Of a DNA stretch of 64,000 bases, positions 48,641 through 62,100 are shown piece by piece. A program made the position numbers and the translations under genes. Below the pieces are notes generated by a model, which did not search any database, had not been told where the DNA came from, and saw nothing but the letters and a program-made list of their open reading frames with translations. Source of the DNA: Leucoraja erinacea (lineage: Eukaryota); NCBI RefSeq assembly GCF_028641065.1, contig NC_073384.1:43214001-43278000 (forward strand), in the 5' to 3' direction. Position 1 is the stretch's first letter. Every line of letters starts with the position of its first letter.

Positions 48641-49534
48641 AGGTAAATTTAGCTTAATGAGTATCACAGAAAAAAGCAAGAATGAAAGAAGAGTCTTAAT
48701 GGCAATAAGTTGTGCATCCACAATTAAATGACTGTTGGGTCTCTTGCAGCACAACTCATGGTAGGTTCAAGGATACTTGCTTTCCAGTGCAAGTGCTTGA
48801 GGCAATTCAGTATAATATGAAGGCGGTTAGCTTGCACATAAATTGAATTCCATTTTTAAGATATTCTGGTGCTTTAGAAAATAATTCTGATAACTTCTAT
48901 GACAATAGTAGAAGCATCCTTAATTTGAGAGGGAAAAGCTCTTTGCTTCAGGTTTTCTTGGTGCTGTTTTTCAAGTAGAAACATCAGGATATACAGCTTC
49001 TAACACCCACATTGTTCGTAGTAGTCGTATTTTGCTTAAAATTGATGCACTTCCTGGTGCTACTATTTATGTAATGTGAGCTGGATTTCAGTCCTATTTC
49101 CCTCTGATGGTTATTGTTCATATTTGGAAATATATTACCTGGAAGTGCATGGAGAGACTGGATTTTTTTTTTGCTAAGATTAGTCCTATGTTGAATGCCC
49201 ACTGACATGGAGAATATTTGTTATTTTGTTTACTAAAGGCCAAAGTCAGTAACAGAGACAAAGGAATCAAAGTCACCCATGTTCAGAATTTAATTTTAGA
49301 TAGTTGTGCAAGTAAAAGCAGTTCTTAATAAAACATACTTATTTATACTAAACACCTGTACCAAAAGCATTCAGTAAACATACAATAAAAACACCAGCTA
49401 TTTAATAATAATTAGTTTTACTGTTCCGATCGGTCAAAAACATTTATGGAATTGGCTGTAGAGCAAAAGCAAGTTTTTTTTTCTTCATTTAAAGGCCAAT
49501 TCAGTCAGAAAACTATAATTGCATTATAAACTGA

Positions 49535-49718
49535 AGGGCCTGTCCCACTTTGGCAATTTTTTAGGTGACTGCCAGCGACTAGGACAATGGAATTCACCGG
49601 TCAGCACCGGTGAGAACCTACGACAGCCCAAATTGTCGCCACTGTCGGTGCAAATTTTTCAACATGTTGAAAATTTTTCGGCAGTCGCCTAAAAAATTGC
49701 CTAAGTGGGACAGGCCCT
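49535..49718. mobile_element. PIF/Harbinger-like MITE
   Basis: TIRs of about 39 bp (AGGGCCTGTCCCACTT...GACTGCC), flanked by TGA and TTA (imperfect 3-bp TNA TSD). Confidence 0.75.
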
Positions 49719-50156
49719 TTAAATTCCAAATCATGATTCTCCTGGTATAATTTTTGTGATTTACCTGTGCCCACATTTGTAGACGGAGGTAAAATAACAA
49801 ATTTGTTAAATTTTGTATCTTTTAACATTGCAGAACAAATGTGTCCCATTTATTATCTTCAATGTGGGCCATATAAATTGTGTAACATGGTAATTATGAT
49901 TTAAGATGTCTTTTGGTAATATCGGTGCACAGTATGATACTGATTGAGACACAGTTCTGATCAAATATCACCCAAATTTCTGTATAAAAGATTGTACAGC
50001 GAAGCATTTAAAAACAAACCCTACTCCCCTCACTCTATACCCATTCATGATGCCCATTAAATTAAATATTAGGGTTCATGTTCCTTTCGTAGTTTTGAGA
50101 TGTTCTTTTCTGCATCTGTTGATTGGTCAAAGCTTGGCTTGCAGCAGAGCAATATT

Positions 50157-50180
50157 TTAGCCCAGTACCAGACCCAACCA
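50157..50180 (-). CDS. CAPN2: Calpain last coding exon (WLGLVLG*)
   Basis: tctttcaacag acceptor followed by TGG TTG GGT CTG GTA CTG GGC TAA; typical calpain WL... C-terminus. Confidence 0.85.
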   Translation of the reverse strand, partial: WLGLVLG

Positions 50181-53100
50181 CTGTTGAAAGAGAATTAGAC
50201 AATCCAGTGTAAGTGAACTCTTGCAATTCATTTGCAAATAGCTTGCTTGAGCCAACAAAAGTGAAAGTATACAATAAACTTTGCAGAGCAGGAGATCATA
50301 ATTGTGCACAAACACAACTTTTGCCTCTTATCTAAAAATACTAAATCCACATAAAAATGTAAACCTTTATTTTGAAGTAACAATCAACTAATTGCAAATA
50401 TCAAAATGGGAAGGTTTTAGTCAGATTAAAAACAGGCTTTTTTAAAAAATCAACTTTGAGTGACAGCATTACTTCAGATGCTAGAAAAATAGGTCCGAAA
50501 GGGACAGAATTAATGTTGCAGGCCAAACCAGATGTTGACTTATTTCTCTTTCTGAAGTGGTACAGCTTGTTTATTTCAAATTTAGAGAATTGATTTTTGG
50601 AAAGAAAAAACAGTTCTAAAGGGATAAGGATAATTTAAGGGGAGCTACATCAAGGGATTAAAAAAAAAAAATTTTTTGGAAAGGAAAAGAACCAAAAAAT
50701 GAGGTTGGCAAACTACTGCAGTCGAGTGAAAGCAAATTTTCTATCAGATAGAGACTTTCTGAATTTTGTTGTAGTATTTCTACCCGCGTTTTTCCAATTT
50801 CACATTTTGCTCTAGGTCAGAAACAAAATCTTCCCCCAGGCAGATAAGGGTATAAAATGGATTGGCAACTGAACACAATGTTTTTCAGATAACTTAATGC
50901 AACACATCTTTTGTGTTTTTTCTCTTCCAGACAAATCAGGAAAATTTAGATTGAACCATTGTAGAAAGTGCTGGCAGAGTAAGTAACACTCATTGGCATC
51001 AAATGCTAAGGACAGGAAGCAATGGCTCCAGCTTGCACTCAATGCCACAGGAAGCCCCTGTGAGTGGGAATTTAAGTTCAGACATTGGCTATGCAGGTGG
51101 AATGGGTTCAGCTCTATAATTGCAGCTCTACAGCATAACAATGTCATAACTTTGTGATGAAGGATTCTAAAATATTTAAAAGGAAACCTTTTCTCCATTA
51201 CCCTCTCCAGTTTTTGAGTTTCACAGGCCCATGGAGAGTTCAAAATTGAGTTAACCAACACACAAATGCTGGTCTTGTTAACTTTGATTCTGTTGCAGTA
51301 GACTGGTGAAAATGTGGGCAGAATCTGAATAGTGGGAGAAATGGATAACTGCAATATTTAAAGTATTAAAGATAAATAGCTCCAGAATTTCCAATGCAAG
51401 GGGGCAGTCAACTTCTCTTCTTTCTCCCATCCACCCACACCTCCAGAAATTACAGTATATATCCTTCTCAAAACATAAAACTAGAGGTTGTACATAGAAT
51501 AGATTACGGTATGACATAGTTGGCACCTAAAATTAGGTTCCACTGTACTGTTTTGTACTGTATTAACTTCTAATAAAATAAACAAAAACAAAAAAAAGTG
51601 CGGTATCGGATACCTACCTGAAATATATCCAACTCTGCCGATCCCTCATCATCGACTTCTAGTGCTTTAAATATTCCTGAAAAAGCAGGAACATAAAACT
51701 TTAAGCATAGCCATTTATCTTTTTGCTTGCTAGATTGGAAAACTTAAACATTGTTTTCTCTAAACATCCAAATATTTTAACCTAGTTTGGGAATAATATC
51801 CTCTCTAACATCTGTAATTACATGCATTGGCAATGCAGGGTAAAATGTCCTTCGGGAAATTAATCTGAAATGAAAGCTTTCACCCAAATCTGTAGCCAAA
51901 TTTAAGCTGATAATTTTAAATTAGGCAAATTACTTGGGTGGTTTACTGGTGCCATCTGAATAATAAAGCAACACCACTTAATTTCAAAGGTCAGCGCCTG
52001 TCTATTGCACTGAATCAAAATAAGTGCCCCACAAATTTGCATTGTGAATAAAACAGTAACTTGGCAATCCATTCCAATTTCCATCAACATGTTTAATATT
52101 TTCTTTGGATTTTTCAATTGTTTAGAAACTGATCAGAAAATTGCGAGGATTCTAGAGGGCCAAATCCCTGTCCTGGGACGAGAACTACAACAGAATGGAG
52201 CAGATAGACATTTCGCTCTGCTGCACTTTGTCTGTAGCCCATGGTTCAATGAAGGGAGGATTTAGGGAGTTGGGAGGAGAGTTAAGGAAAAGGACCAAAC
52301 AGGTAACAATCTCAGGATTACTGCCTGTGCCACGCGACAGTGAGAGTAGGAATGGAGCGAGGTGGAGGATAAATGCGTGGCTGAAAGACTGGTGCAGAGG
52401 GCAGGGATTCAAGTTTCTGGATCATTGGGACTTCTTTTGGGGAAGGTGGGACCTGTACAGAAAGGATGGGTTGCACTTGAACCCGAGGGGGACCAATATC
52501 CTGGCGGGGAAATTTGCAAGGGCTACTGGGGAGACTTTAAACTAGAATGGTTAGGGCGAGGGACTCAAATAGAGAAAGCTAGTAGACAGAATGGGAGGCA
52601 GAAAGCAGAATAGGGAAGCACTCGGACACAAGAGGAGAAAGAAGAAAAAGGAAATAAACAGAGAATAAGAGGTGGGGGGTTTCTTAAATGTGCATATTTT
52701 ATGCTAGGAACATTGTAAGAAAGGTGGATGAGCTTAGAGTCTGGATAGACACCTGGAAGTATGATGTTGTGGCGATCAGTGAAACGTGGTTGCAGGAGGG
52801 CTGTGATGGGAAACTAAATATTTCAGGATTTTGTTGCTTCAGGTGTGATAGAATTGGAGGGGCAAGAGGTGGAGGTGTTGCATTGCTAGTCAGGGAAGAT
52901 ATTACAGCAGTGCTTTGGCAGGATAGATTGGAGGGCTCATCTAGGGAGGCTATTTGGGTAGAACTGAGAAGTGGGAAAGGTGTAGCAACACTTATAGGGG
53001 TGTATTATAGACCGCCAAATGGGGATCGAGAATTGGAAGAGCAAATATGTAAGCAGATAGCAGATATTAGTAGTAAGCACAAGGTAGTGATTGTGGGAGA

Positions 53101-56100
53101 TTTCAACTTTCCACACATAGACTGGGAAACACATTCTGTAAATGGGCTGGATGGTTTGGAGTTTGTAAAATGTGTGCAGGATAGTTTTTTGCAGCAATAC
53201 ATAGAGGTACCTACTAGAGATGGGGCAGTGCTGGACCTCCTATTAGGAAATGAGATGGGACAGGTGGCGGAGGTATGCGTTGGGGAGCACTTCGGGTCCA
53301 GTGATCACAATACCATTAGTTTCAATATAATTATGGAGAGGGTTAGAACTGGACCTAGGGTTGAGATTTTTGATTGGAGAAAGGCTAACTTTGATGAGAC
53401 GCGAAATGATTTAAAATGAGTGAACTGGGACATTTTGTTTTATGGGAAGGATGTAGAAGAGAAATGGAGGACATTTAAAGGGGAAATTTTAAGAGTACAG
53501 AATCTTTATGTTCCTGTTCGGTTGAAAGGAAACAGTAAAAATTGGAAGGAGCCCTGGTTTTCAAGGGAAATTAGACATCTTGTTCGGAAAAAGAGGGAGA
53601 TCTACAATAATTATAGGCAGCATGAAGTAAATGAGGTGCTTGAGGAGTATAAGGAATGTAAAAAGAATCTTAAGAAATAAATTAGAAAAGCTAAAAGAAG
53701 ATATGAGGTTGCTTTGGCAAGTAAGGTGAAAGTAAATCCAAAGGGTTTCTACAGCTATATTAATAGCAAAAGGAAAACGAGGGATAAAATTGGTCCATTG
53801 GAGAGACAGAGTGGACAATTTCATTTCTTCGGTATTCACCACGGAGAAGGATATTGAATTATGTGAGGTAAGGGAAACTAGTAGAGTAGCTATGGATACT
53901 ATGAGGTTCAAAGTAAAAGAAGTACTGACACTTTTGAAAAATATAAAAGTGGATAAGTCTCCAGGTCCTGACAGGATATTCCCTAGGACATGAGAGAAGT
54001 TAGTGTAGAAATAGCCGGGACTATGACAGAAATATTTCAAATGTCATTAGAAACGGGAATAGTCCCCGAGGATTGGCATACTGCACATGTTGTTCCATTG
54101 TTTAAAAAGGGTTCTAAGAGTAAACCTAGCAATTATAGACCTGTTAGTTTGATTTCAGTGGTGGGCAAATTAATGGAAAACATACTTAGAGATAATATAT
54201 ATAAGCATCTGGATAAACAGGGTCTGATTAGGAACAGTCAACATGGATTTGTGCCTGGAAGGTCATGTTTGACTAATCTTCTTGAATTCTTTGAAGAGGT
54301 TACTAGGGAAATTGACGATGGTAAAGCAGTGGATGTTGTCTATATGGACTTTATTAAGGCCTTTGACAAGGTTCCTCATGGAAGGTTGGTTAAGAAGGTT
54401 CAACTGTTGGGTATTAATGCAGGAGTAGCAAGATGGATTCAACGGTGGCTGAATGGGAGAAGCCAGAGGGTAATGGTGGATGGCTGTTTGTCGGGTTGGA
54501 GGCAGGTGACTAGTGGGGTGCCTCAGGGACATCAATGGTCTGGATGAAGGTGTGGTAAATTGGATTAGTAAGTATGCAGATGATACCAAGATAGGGGGTG
54601 TTGTGGATAATGAAGAGGATTTCCAAAGTCCACAGAGTGATTTAGGCCATTTGGAAGAATGGGCTGAAAGATGGCAGATGGAGTTTAATACTGATTTTAC
54701 TTCGGAGTCACGTGAGTGATTCCGTGAAGATCCCAGCTCAGTGCGCAGGTGCGGCATTATCGCACAGCTGTGCAAACTGCGGCCAGCGGGAGTCGGGCGC
54801 TCCCGCAAACCAAGGACGTGAGGTAAGTACTTACCTTAATCGGGCCTTGTGGTTTTTTGCTCCAGGGGGAGCAAAGCAGCAGAGGAAGCGGCCCCCGTTC
54901 GACTCTAGCGAAGGAGCCGACAGTGGAGGGGGAAAGGCGCAAACGGGACCGCACACACTGCGGACCGCTGCAGGGAGCTGCGCTGATGCTGGTCCGCTGA
55001 ACAGCTGTTTGGTTAACAGCAGCGGACCGGCGGGAAATTTAAAAACCCGACCGGCAGCCCTGCAGACTCCTGACACGGAGAATCGCCGCCCGGCAACCGC
55101 TACAATGCTGCCTGGAAAACGGCAGGCAGCCTCTACATACAGGTAAGACAAAAATCTTACCAAAATTACAGGTTCTATAGGAATCAACTTCCTCCAACAC
55201 AGGAACAGGTTGGAGACAGCAAAAATAAGTATGTCTGTCTCCCCAAGCCAGAGGAGGTCATGGAGTTCAAAACCTCCAGGAAAAAAGGGGCACTGGCTGA
55301 ATGCCAAGGGAGCTGACACTCCTACCCCAGTGCTATTGCACTAGCCATCTCCCTTGTCGAGGGATTGATGCAACAGCGGAGTTTGAGCTATGCCTCCTCC
55401 AATTCATAGCACACCCTTTTGCTCCCTCTTTTGAGGCTAGCTAAGGAGGCCAGGGCTGGGCTGGCTTAAACGCTGGGCAGGCGGACGAGAACAGCAGTAT
55501 GCCAGGGGATCAGGAAGAGCTACTGGGTGTCGTGGGCCACTACATGCCTCCTCCACGCGACCATCTTCCCAACAAAGCCCTGCAGGAGCAGGCCTTTCTA
55601 GAGGCAAATCCGCAGGCAGCTGGGTCAGCAGACTCGCAGACAAGAGCTAAAAGCAGCGAATTCTGAAGCTCCTAACAGAAGGGTCAAGATGTCACCGCCT
55701 TTGCTCGTTTTCTACGGATCATACTCACCTGGCAGGCGAGACGCCATGATCACCAAGGTGGTTCTCCCAGGATGAGACTATCCCGTTGCACTACGAGGGT
55801 GCTGACGCCTAAGATGTTCCCAAATTTGGGATACTCGACTGACATTGGTGCATATAAGACCTGCCCGCAACCCCAAATATACGGGGCTATGCAAACCGCT
55901 GCTGCGGGAAGAGAGGCAGCTAAACCTGTGCGCCTCATGAGGGCAGGCCATGGAACGAGCAGGACATCGCATCCAACACCCAGCTGGCAGCACCCCTCGG
56001 CATCCACCAGCAATATCAAACAAGGACTGGTGAAAGCCTGGCGACCGCTTCACATTACCCCCAAAGTTCTTTTTAGACAGGGGCCCAGAGCGGAGCCGTG

Positions 56101-59100
56101 GGAAAATGCGCCGCCCCACCGACAGCACCAGCATACCAGCAAACTAGGCCTTCATGAAAAAACAATAAACATGGAGGTAGGTAGTCTGGTTCCTCCCAGT
56201 TTACACTAAATAAGGGTGTTCTACTAACTGCGTGGGGGGGCATTTACACTTGTTGATAAAGCATGGGATGCTGTCACAAATAACTAAAATATACTCAACA
56301 GTATTAGTGGATAAAAACGAATTCAAATTGGGCATATTACCGCCAGTTCAGCAATGCGCCCAAAGGGCATTTTCTCCCTCTAAGAAAGAGAAGTGAGAAG
56401 GTCAAGCTGAACTAGAAAGGCTCATTACTAAACGGATCATGGGAGTAAACATGAACCATTGGAATTTGTATCGAATATATTCACCAAAACTACAAAAGAT
56501 GGTGAATGTAGCATCATCATTGATCTAATATCACTAAATAAATCTGTTGAGTATATACACTTTAAGATGGAGACGGGTTTTTTGTCACTGCCAGACATCT
56601 GATCTCCAAAGGATACCTATGGGGAGCATTGATATGGAAGATGCTAACTATCTTATACCCATACACTAGGATCATTATAGATACCTAAAAAATTTTCTTA
56701 CCTGGATAATGGATATCCCGGTTAGGGCAACTATGGGAGCATAGAGCATTCCCTATGGTCTAACCTCAGCCCTAAACTATTATAAATATTTAAAAAATGG
56801 CCATGAATATTAAGAAAACAAGCATAATCATGGCATATATTGGATGATATCCTCATATTAGGAAACAAAGGAATTAGCTGTGGCAGCAGTTCTAGCTACG
56901 AAACAGCTCCCTAAAGCTCTGAGGTTATCCCACGCCCAGATAAACCAGAATTGAAGCGTTAACTACCATGGATTATCTGGGCTTCAATAACAATTCCGTC
57001 CATATGACTGTTACTTTGCCAAGGTACTTGGGTCACTATAATCAAATCATGAATGTACCCACTGAAGCTATATCACAATTACGGTGGTGGGCAGACATAT
57101 ATTTGGCATAGTTTTCAGCCCTATTATCATCACCAATCCCAACTTGGTTATTAAAAACCGATGCCAGTACTTTAGGCTGGGGAGCAACTAAACTCCATAT
57201 CCAGCACAGGTAACAGATGGACCGATTCACAAACATCGTTACTACACACACCGGGCATCAACTACTTGGGATTGGTGATCGCCTATTGGGCTAAAAAGCA
57301 TATGCATTTCAAATGCAGCACGTACATATGTGGTTACGGATTGATAATACTATGGTGGTGGCTTATATCAACCATATGGGGAGCATAATAATCATTATTG
57401 TGCAACAAATTGGTCAAACAAATCTGGCAATGGTGTGTCAAAAGACATTTTAACTATCAGCTGCCTATGTCCTAGGAAGCTAGAACACAGTGGGAGACAC
57501 CATGTCACGGGGTAAAATTTATGATAACATTGAATAGATGTCAAACCCAAGATATCTGCTAAAGGTATTAAGCAGTTTGAAAGCCAGATATCAATTTGGT
57601 TGCACAAGACGGAATCACCAGTAACCTATGTATGTGACTTAGGAACCAGATTAGAGGCAGCAGCGATAGATGCCTACACGCTGGAAGGGGGAATTTCTGC
57701 TTTGCCTTCCTCCCTTCTGCCTCATCAGACGGGCACTTCGCAATACAGATGGGATCTGTCTCCGAGGTATTGAACGTGCCCGACCGGCCTACACAGCCAT
57801 GGTTCCCAGTTCATCACGACACGGTGGGCGAGTCACCTATGGATTTCCCTAGTGGACCATGGTTGCTGACTCAACCCAGTATCAGGCACAAGCCACCCAT
57901 GCCAGAAAAACATCAAACTCCTGGGTGCAGGTTTTGAATAGACCTTACCAGGGACTGGGATTATCCAAAGGAACCATTACCACCATGTCGGCATCCCTGC
58001 GAACAGTCACCAAAAGCTAACATGGGTAAAATACTGCCATGACGCAGGGACAACATACCAAACTATTCAACCACTGACGTATTGGAGTTCCTGGAACATC
58101 TACACCATGACTAAAAGGTGAGTTACAGTGCCGTAAATACAGCATGGAGCGCCTTATCTGCTTATCTAAAACAGCATGACAGCAGAGCATGGGATCCCAT
58201 CCACTGAAGGTAAACTTATGAAGGGCAACTATAATAATAAGCCCCAAAAACCCAGGTATATACCCATGTATGGGATATTGGTGTGATATTGACATATCTC
58301 AGAGAATGGCACCAGCCAGATCCCTCAGCTTGCTCAATCTATGTTAAAAACGCTCATGCTTATGGCTCTCGTACACGCTCACAGAGTCCAGTCACTCCAT
58401 AAAACTAGACTGGATAACATGGTGATTACCCCAGACGCATCACGTTCATATTCTAGGTCTGGTAAAAATCTAACTCGCCGGTATATGGGACTAGGCGAGA
58501 TTATGAGTTCGGCACGGACTAGTAGGGTCGAGATCGCCTGTGTTTTCCGTGCTGTAATCGTTATATGGCTATATGGACCAGGAACGCCCAATTCACTGGT
58601 GGGATTCCGGGCCTACCCACCAGAGTCCAGGTTGAGTGTGGTGACCCATCTACTACAATATATAGACACAACCCACAATCTTAGAGGGAGAGGAAAGCCT
58701 ATGGGTCAACCACAGAAACCCCAAGACGGGGTACGAGCCAAACCACTCCAAGGTGGCTCAAACAGGTACTGAAAGCTGCCGGAATAGATAATAATACATT
58801 TTAATCCCATTCCACTAGGGCAGCATTGATATCAGCGGCTGAACGAATGGACATCCCGGTTGACCACATTCTCAATACGGCAGAACGGTCAAGGGAACGA
58901 CGTTCAGAACATTTTTTATTGTAAACCGTTGATAAACCTGATTTAATTGCAGAAAGAATATTACAAACTGCAATATTAATTTAAGCTCAGGGGAGCTCTT
59001 TATGTTGTTATTGTTAACAAATACCTTCTGTTTCTTGTGAAAGCAGATCCACTGGTTGATTACGATAACACTTCCTCCCTCAAAAACTTCGGCAGTGAGT

Positions 59101-62100
59101 GAAATAAAAACTGTTACACGGTTTGAAATCACAGACCTTTGAAGTCTTCACGGAATCACTCACGTGACTCCGAAGTAAAATAGTAAGATTAAACGAGTAC
59201 TTACCAGTATGAAGTTTGATCTGTATTTTATGAGGAGTTACGGTGAGGTATTACGTGCCCTCCGCTCCCACCCTCAATATATAGATCAAACTAATAAACT
59301 GATGTCTCATGATCTTTACTATCTTACTTCAAATATTGTGTCTATCCTGTGATTTCACACCGCTGCTTCGAAGTATGCCGCACCTGCGCACTGAGCTGGG
59401 ATCTTCACGTAATACCTCACCGTAACTCCTCATAAAATACAGATCAAACTTCATACTGGTAAGTACTCGTTTAATCTTACTATAAATGTGAGGTGCTACA
59501 CCTTGGCAGGACAAATCAAAATAGGACGTACATGGTAAATGGTAGGGAATTGAAGAATGCAGTTGAACAGAGGGATCTGGGAATAACCGTGCATAGTTCC
59601 TTGAAGGTGGAATCTCATATAGATACGGTGGTAAAGGAAGATTTTGGTATGCTAGCCTTTATAAATCAGAGCATTGAGTATAGAAGTTGGGGATGTAATG
59701 TTAAAATTGTACAAGGCATTGGTGAGACCAAACATGGAGTATGGTGTACAATTTTGGTCGCCAAATTATAGGAAGGATGTCAAAAATAGAGAGAGTACAG
59801 AGGAGATTTACTAGAATGTTGCCTGGGTTTCAACAACTAAGTTACAGAGAAAGGTTGAATAAGTTAGGTCTTTATTCTCTGGAGCGCAGAAGGTTAAGGG
59901 GGGACTTGATAGAGGTCTTTAAAATGATGAGAGGGATAGACAGAGTTGATGTGGACAAGCTTTTCCCTTTGAGAGTAGGGAAGATTCAAACAAGAGGACA
60001 CGACTTTAGAATTAAGGGACAGAAGTTTAGGGGTAACATGAGGGGGAACTTCTTTACTCAGAGAGTGGTAGCGGTGTGGAATGAGCTTCCAGTGGAAGTG
60101 GTGGAGGCAGGTTCGTTGGTATCATTTAAAAATAAATTGGATAGGCGTATGGATGAGAAGGGAATGGAGGGTTATGGTATGAGTGCAGGCAGGTGGGACT
60201 AAGGGAAAATAATTGTTCGGCACGGACTTGTAGGGCCGAGATGGCCTGTTTCCGTGCTGTAATAGTTATATGGTTATATGGAATTTGGGTCTCATTGTAT
60301 TGATTGGAAAATAGGCTGTTAATGTAAAAGTCATTAAAAAAATAACTTACTGAACATGGTTTCCAATCGGATCAAACAGCCAACAAAGTTATCAAAGTCG
60401 ATGAGAAGGTCGGAGTTTGCATAACGGGCAACAATGTTCTGAATCAATGCAGTGTTCAGAGTGAAACCTGGGAAGGAAAACACATAATTGTATTGACAAC
60501 TCATTCAACATGTGGCCTACTTATTACATTAAAATTGTTGGGCATATTGCATTGATTTGTCAACATAATCAATATGTACCTGATAATTATAAAAAGAATG
60601 ATAGTTAATAGTGCAGAAATGTGTGGCAATGATGTTTGTGATGATGCTGTATTTTTGTTGTTTTGTCAAAGATGCCAGTCTCTGGAATAGTGAACTGAAA
60701 TTTTTTTGCACAAAAGTGGGTGGTATTGTAGTTAGTGAGATGGTTGTCAAAAATTACAGAAGGATCTTGATCATTAGGCTAGTGGGCTGAGGAATGGTCA
60801 AGCAAGTTTTTGGCACATTGGTCTTCATCAGTCAGAGTAATGAGTATAGCAGGTGGGAGGTCATGTTGCAGTTATACAAGATATTTGTGAGACCGTATTT
60901 CGAGTCTTGTGTTCAATTCTCGGCACCATGTTACAGGAAAGGTTTTGTCAAGCTGGAAAGAGTGCAGAGAAGATTGATAAGATTGTTGCCAGGACTTGAC
61001 CCAAGTTTAAGGGAGAAGTTGGGCAGGCTCAGGCTCTTCATTGGAACACGGGAAGATGAGGGGTAATCTTATAGAGGTGTACAAAATCATGAGAAGAATA
61101 GATTGGATAAACGCGCAGTCTCTTACCCAGAGTTGGGGAATCGAGATCCCGAGGACATAGGTTTAAGGTGAGGGAGAAAAGATTTAGCAGGAACCCGAGG
61201 GGTAACCTTTTCCACACAAAGGGTGTTGGGTGTATGGAACGGGTAGATGAGGCAGCTACTATCGCAACATTTAAGAAACATTTAGACAAGTACAGGTTTA
61301 GAGGGATTATGGGCCAAACACAGGCAGATGGGACATGTTGGTCGGAATGGGCAAATTGGGCCGAATGGCCTATTTCCACGTTCTATGACTAAGAAAAGGT
61401 AGCATCCAAATTATATTGTTGCAATTGATACTTGCACTGCCTTATGTTTAAAAAAACAATGTTCTGTCACACCTGCCATGTGACCCTTCAGTTTTGGGCT
61501 AAATTATTAAACCAAAACACTGAGGATTCACTCTACCCTCCCACTTGCAAGAATACTTTTGAAATTTGAGTTCAAAAGGAATGTTGGCTAAGACTAGTTA
61601 GCAAAAGCTTAAAGGAGATTTATTGGTATGATTATATTTATACAATTTGATAGTCTATAGAAAAATAAGAGGCATAATGTATATATTTTTAATGAAAAAT
61701 CTAGTCCCAATAACTTGCAGACATCTTATCTTTATTTAACATACTGAGTGAAGCATAAACACCAGTGGTTGAATCAAATGGTAGGTATTTATTAATGCGA
61801 GCATATCCTGTACAGAAAATACTGTTTCTAAAACCTTGATAATGACAGCTAAATGATATTGAGCATGTTATTTGCTGGGGAAATAAATAACTTTGCAATG
61901 AATCTTGTAAAGGTCTGTTTGCCTGGGCTGTAAGAATATTCTAAGTTTACCTGCTTCTTCGAGTGCCACTTGTATTTCACATGAACCCATGGTACCAGAT
62001 TCATCAGCATCTACCCTCTTGAAGATTTTCTAAATGGAACAAACATTATATTTAAGCATACAGTGGTAAAGAAGGTGTGCCTAAAGGAGAGGGGTGAGGA

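Larger units (their letters stand above)
54695..59482 (+). mobile_element. DIRS1-type tyrosine-recombinase retrotransposon (defective)
   Basis: Inverted terminal repeats (54723-54757 versus about 59375-59409). The ICR 59145-59257 is the exact reverse complement of both termini joined. No TSD; it splits the CR1 at CTGA|TAAATG. Remnants of RT (LDDILI), RNase H ([10 protein letters not shown]), methyltransferase-like (PPFCLI, PTQPWFP) and YR (HSTRAA). Confidence 0.92.

Noticed and set aside
50812-51354. 180-aa minus-strand ORF in the last calpain intron
   Set aside because: No recognisable motif and a composition typical of non-coding sequence. The calpain frame is complete without it.
55721-55841. 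Functional U1 snRNA gene
   Set aside because: It lacks the Sm site and stem-loop IV, has changes in the protein-binding loops, and no snRNA promoter was recognised. It is kept as a pseudogene fragment.
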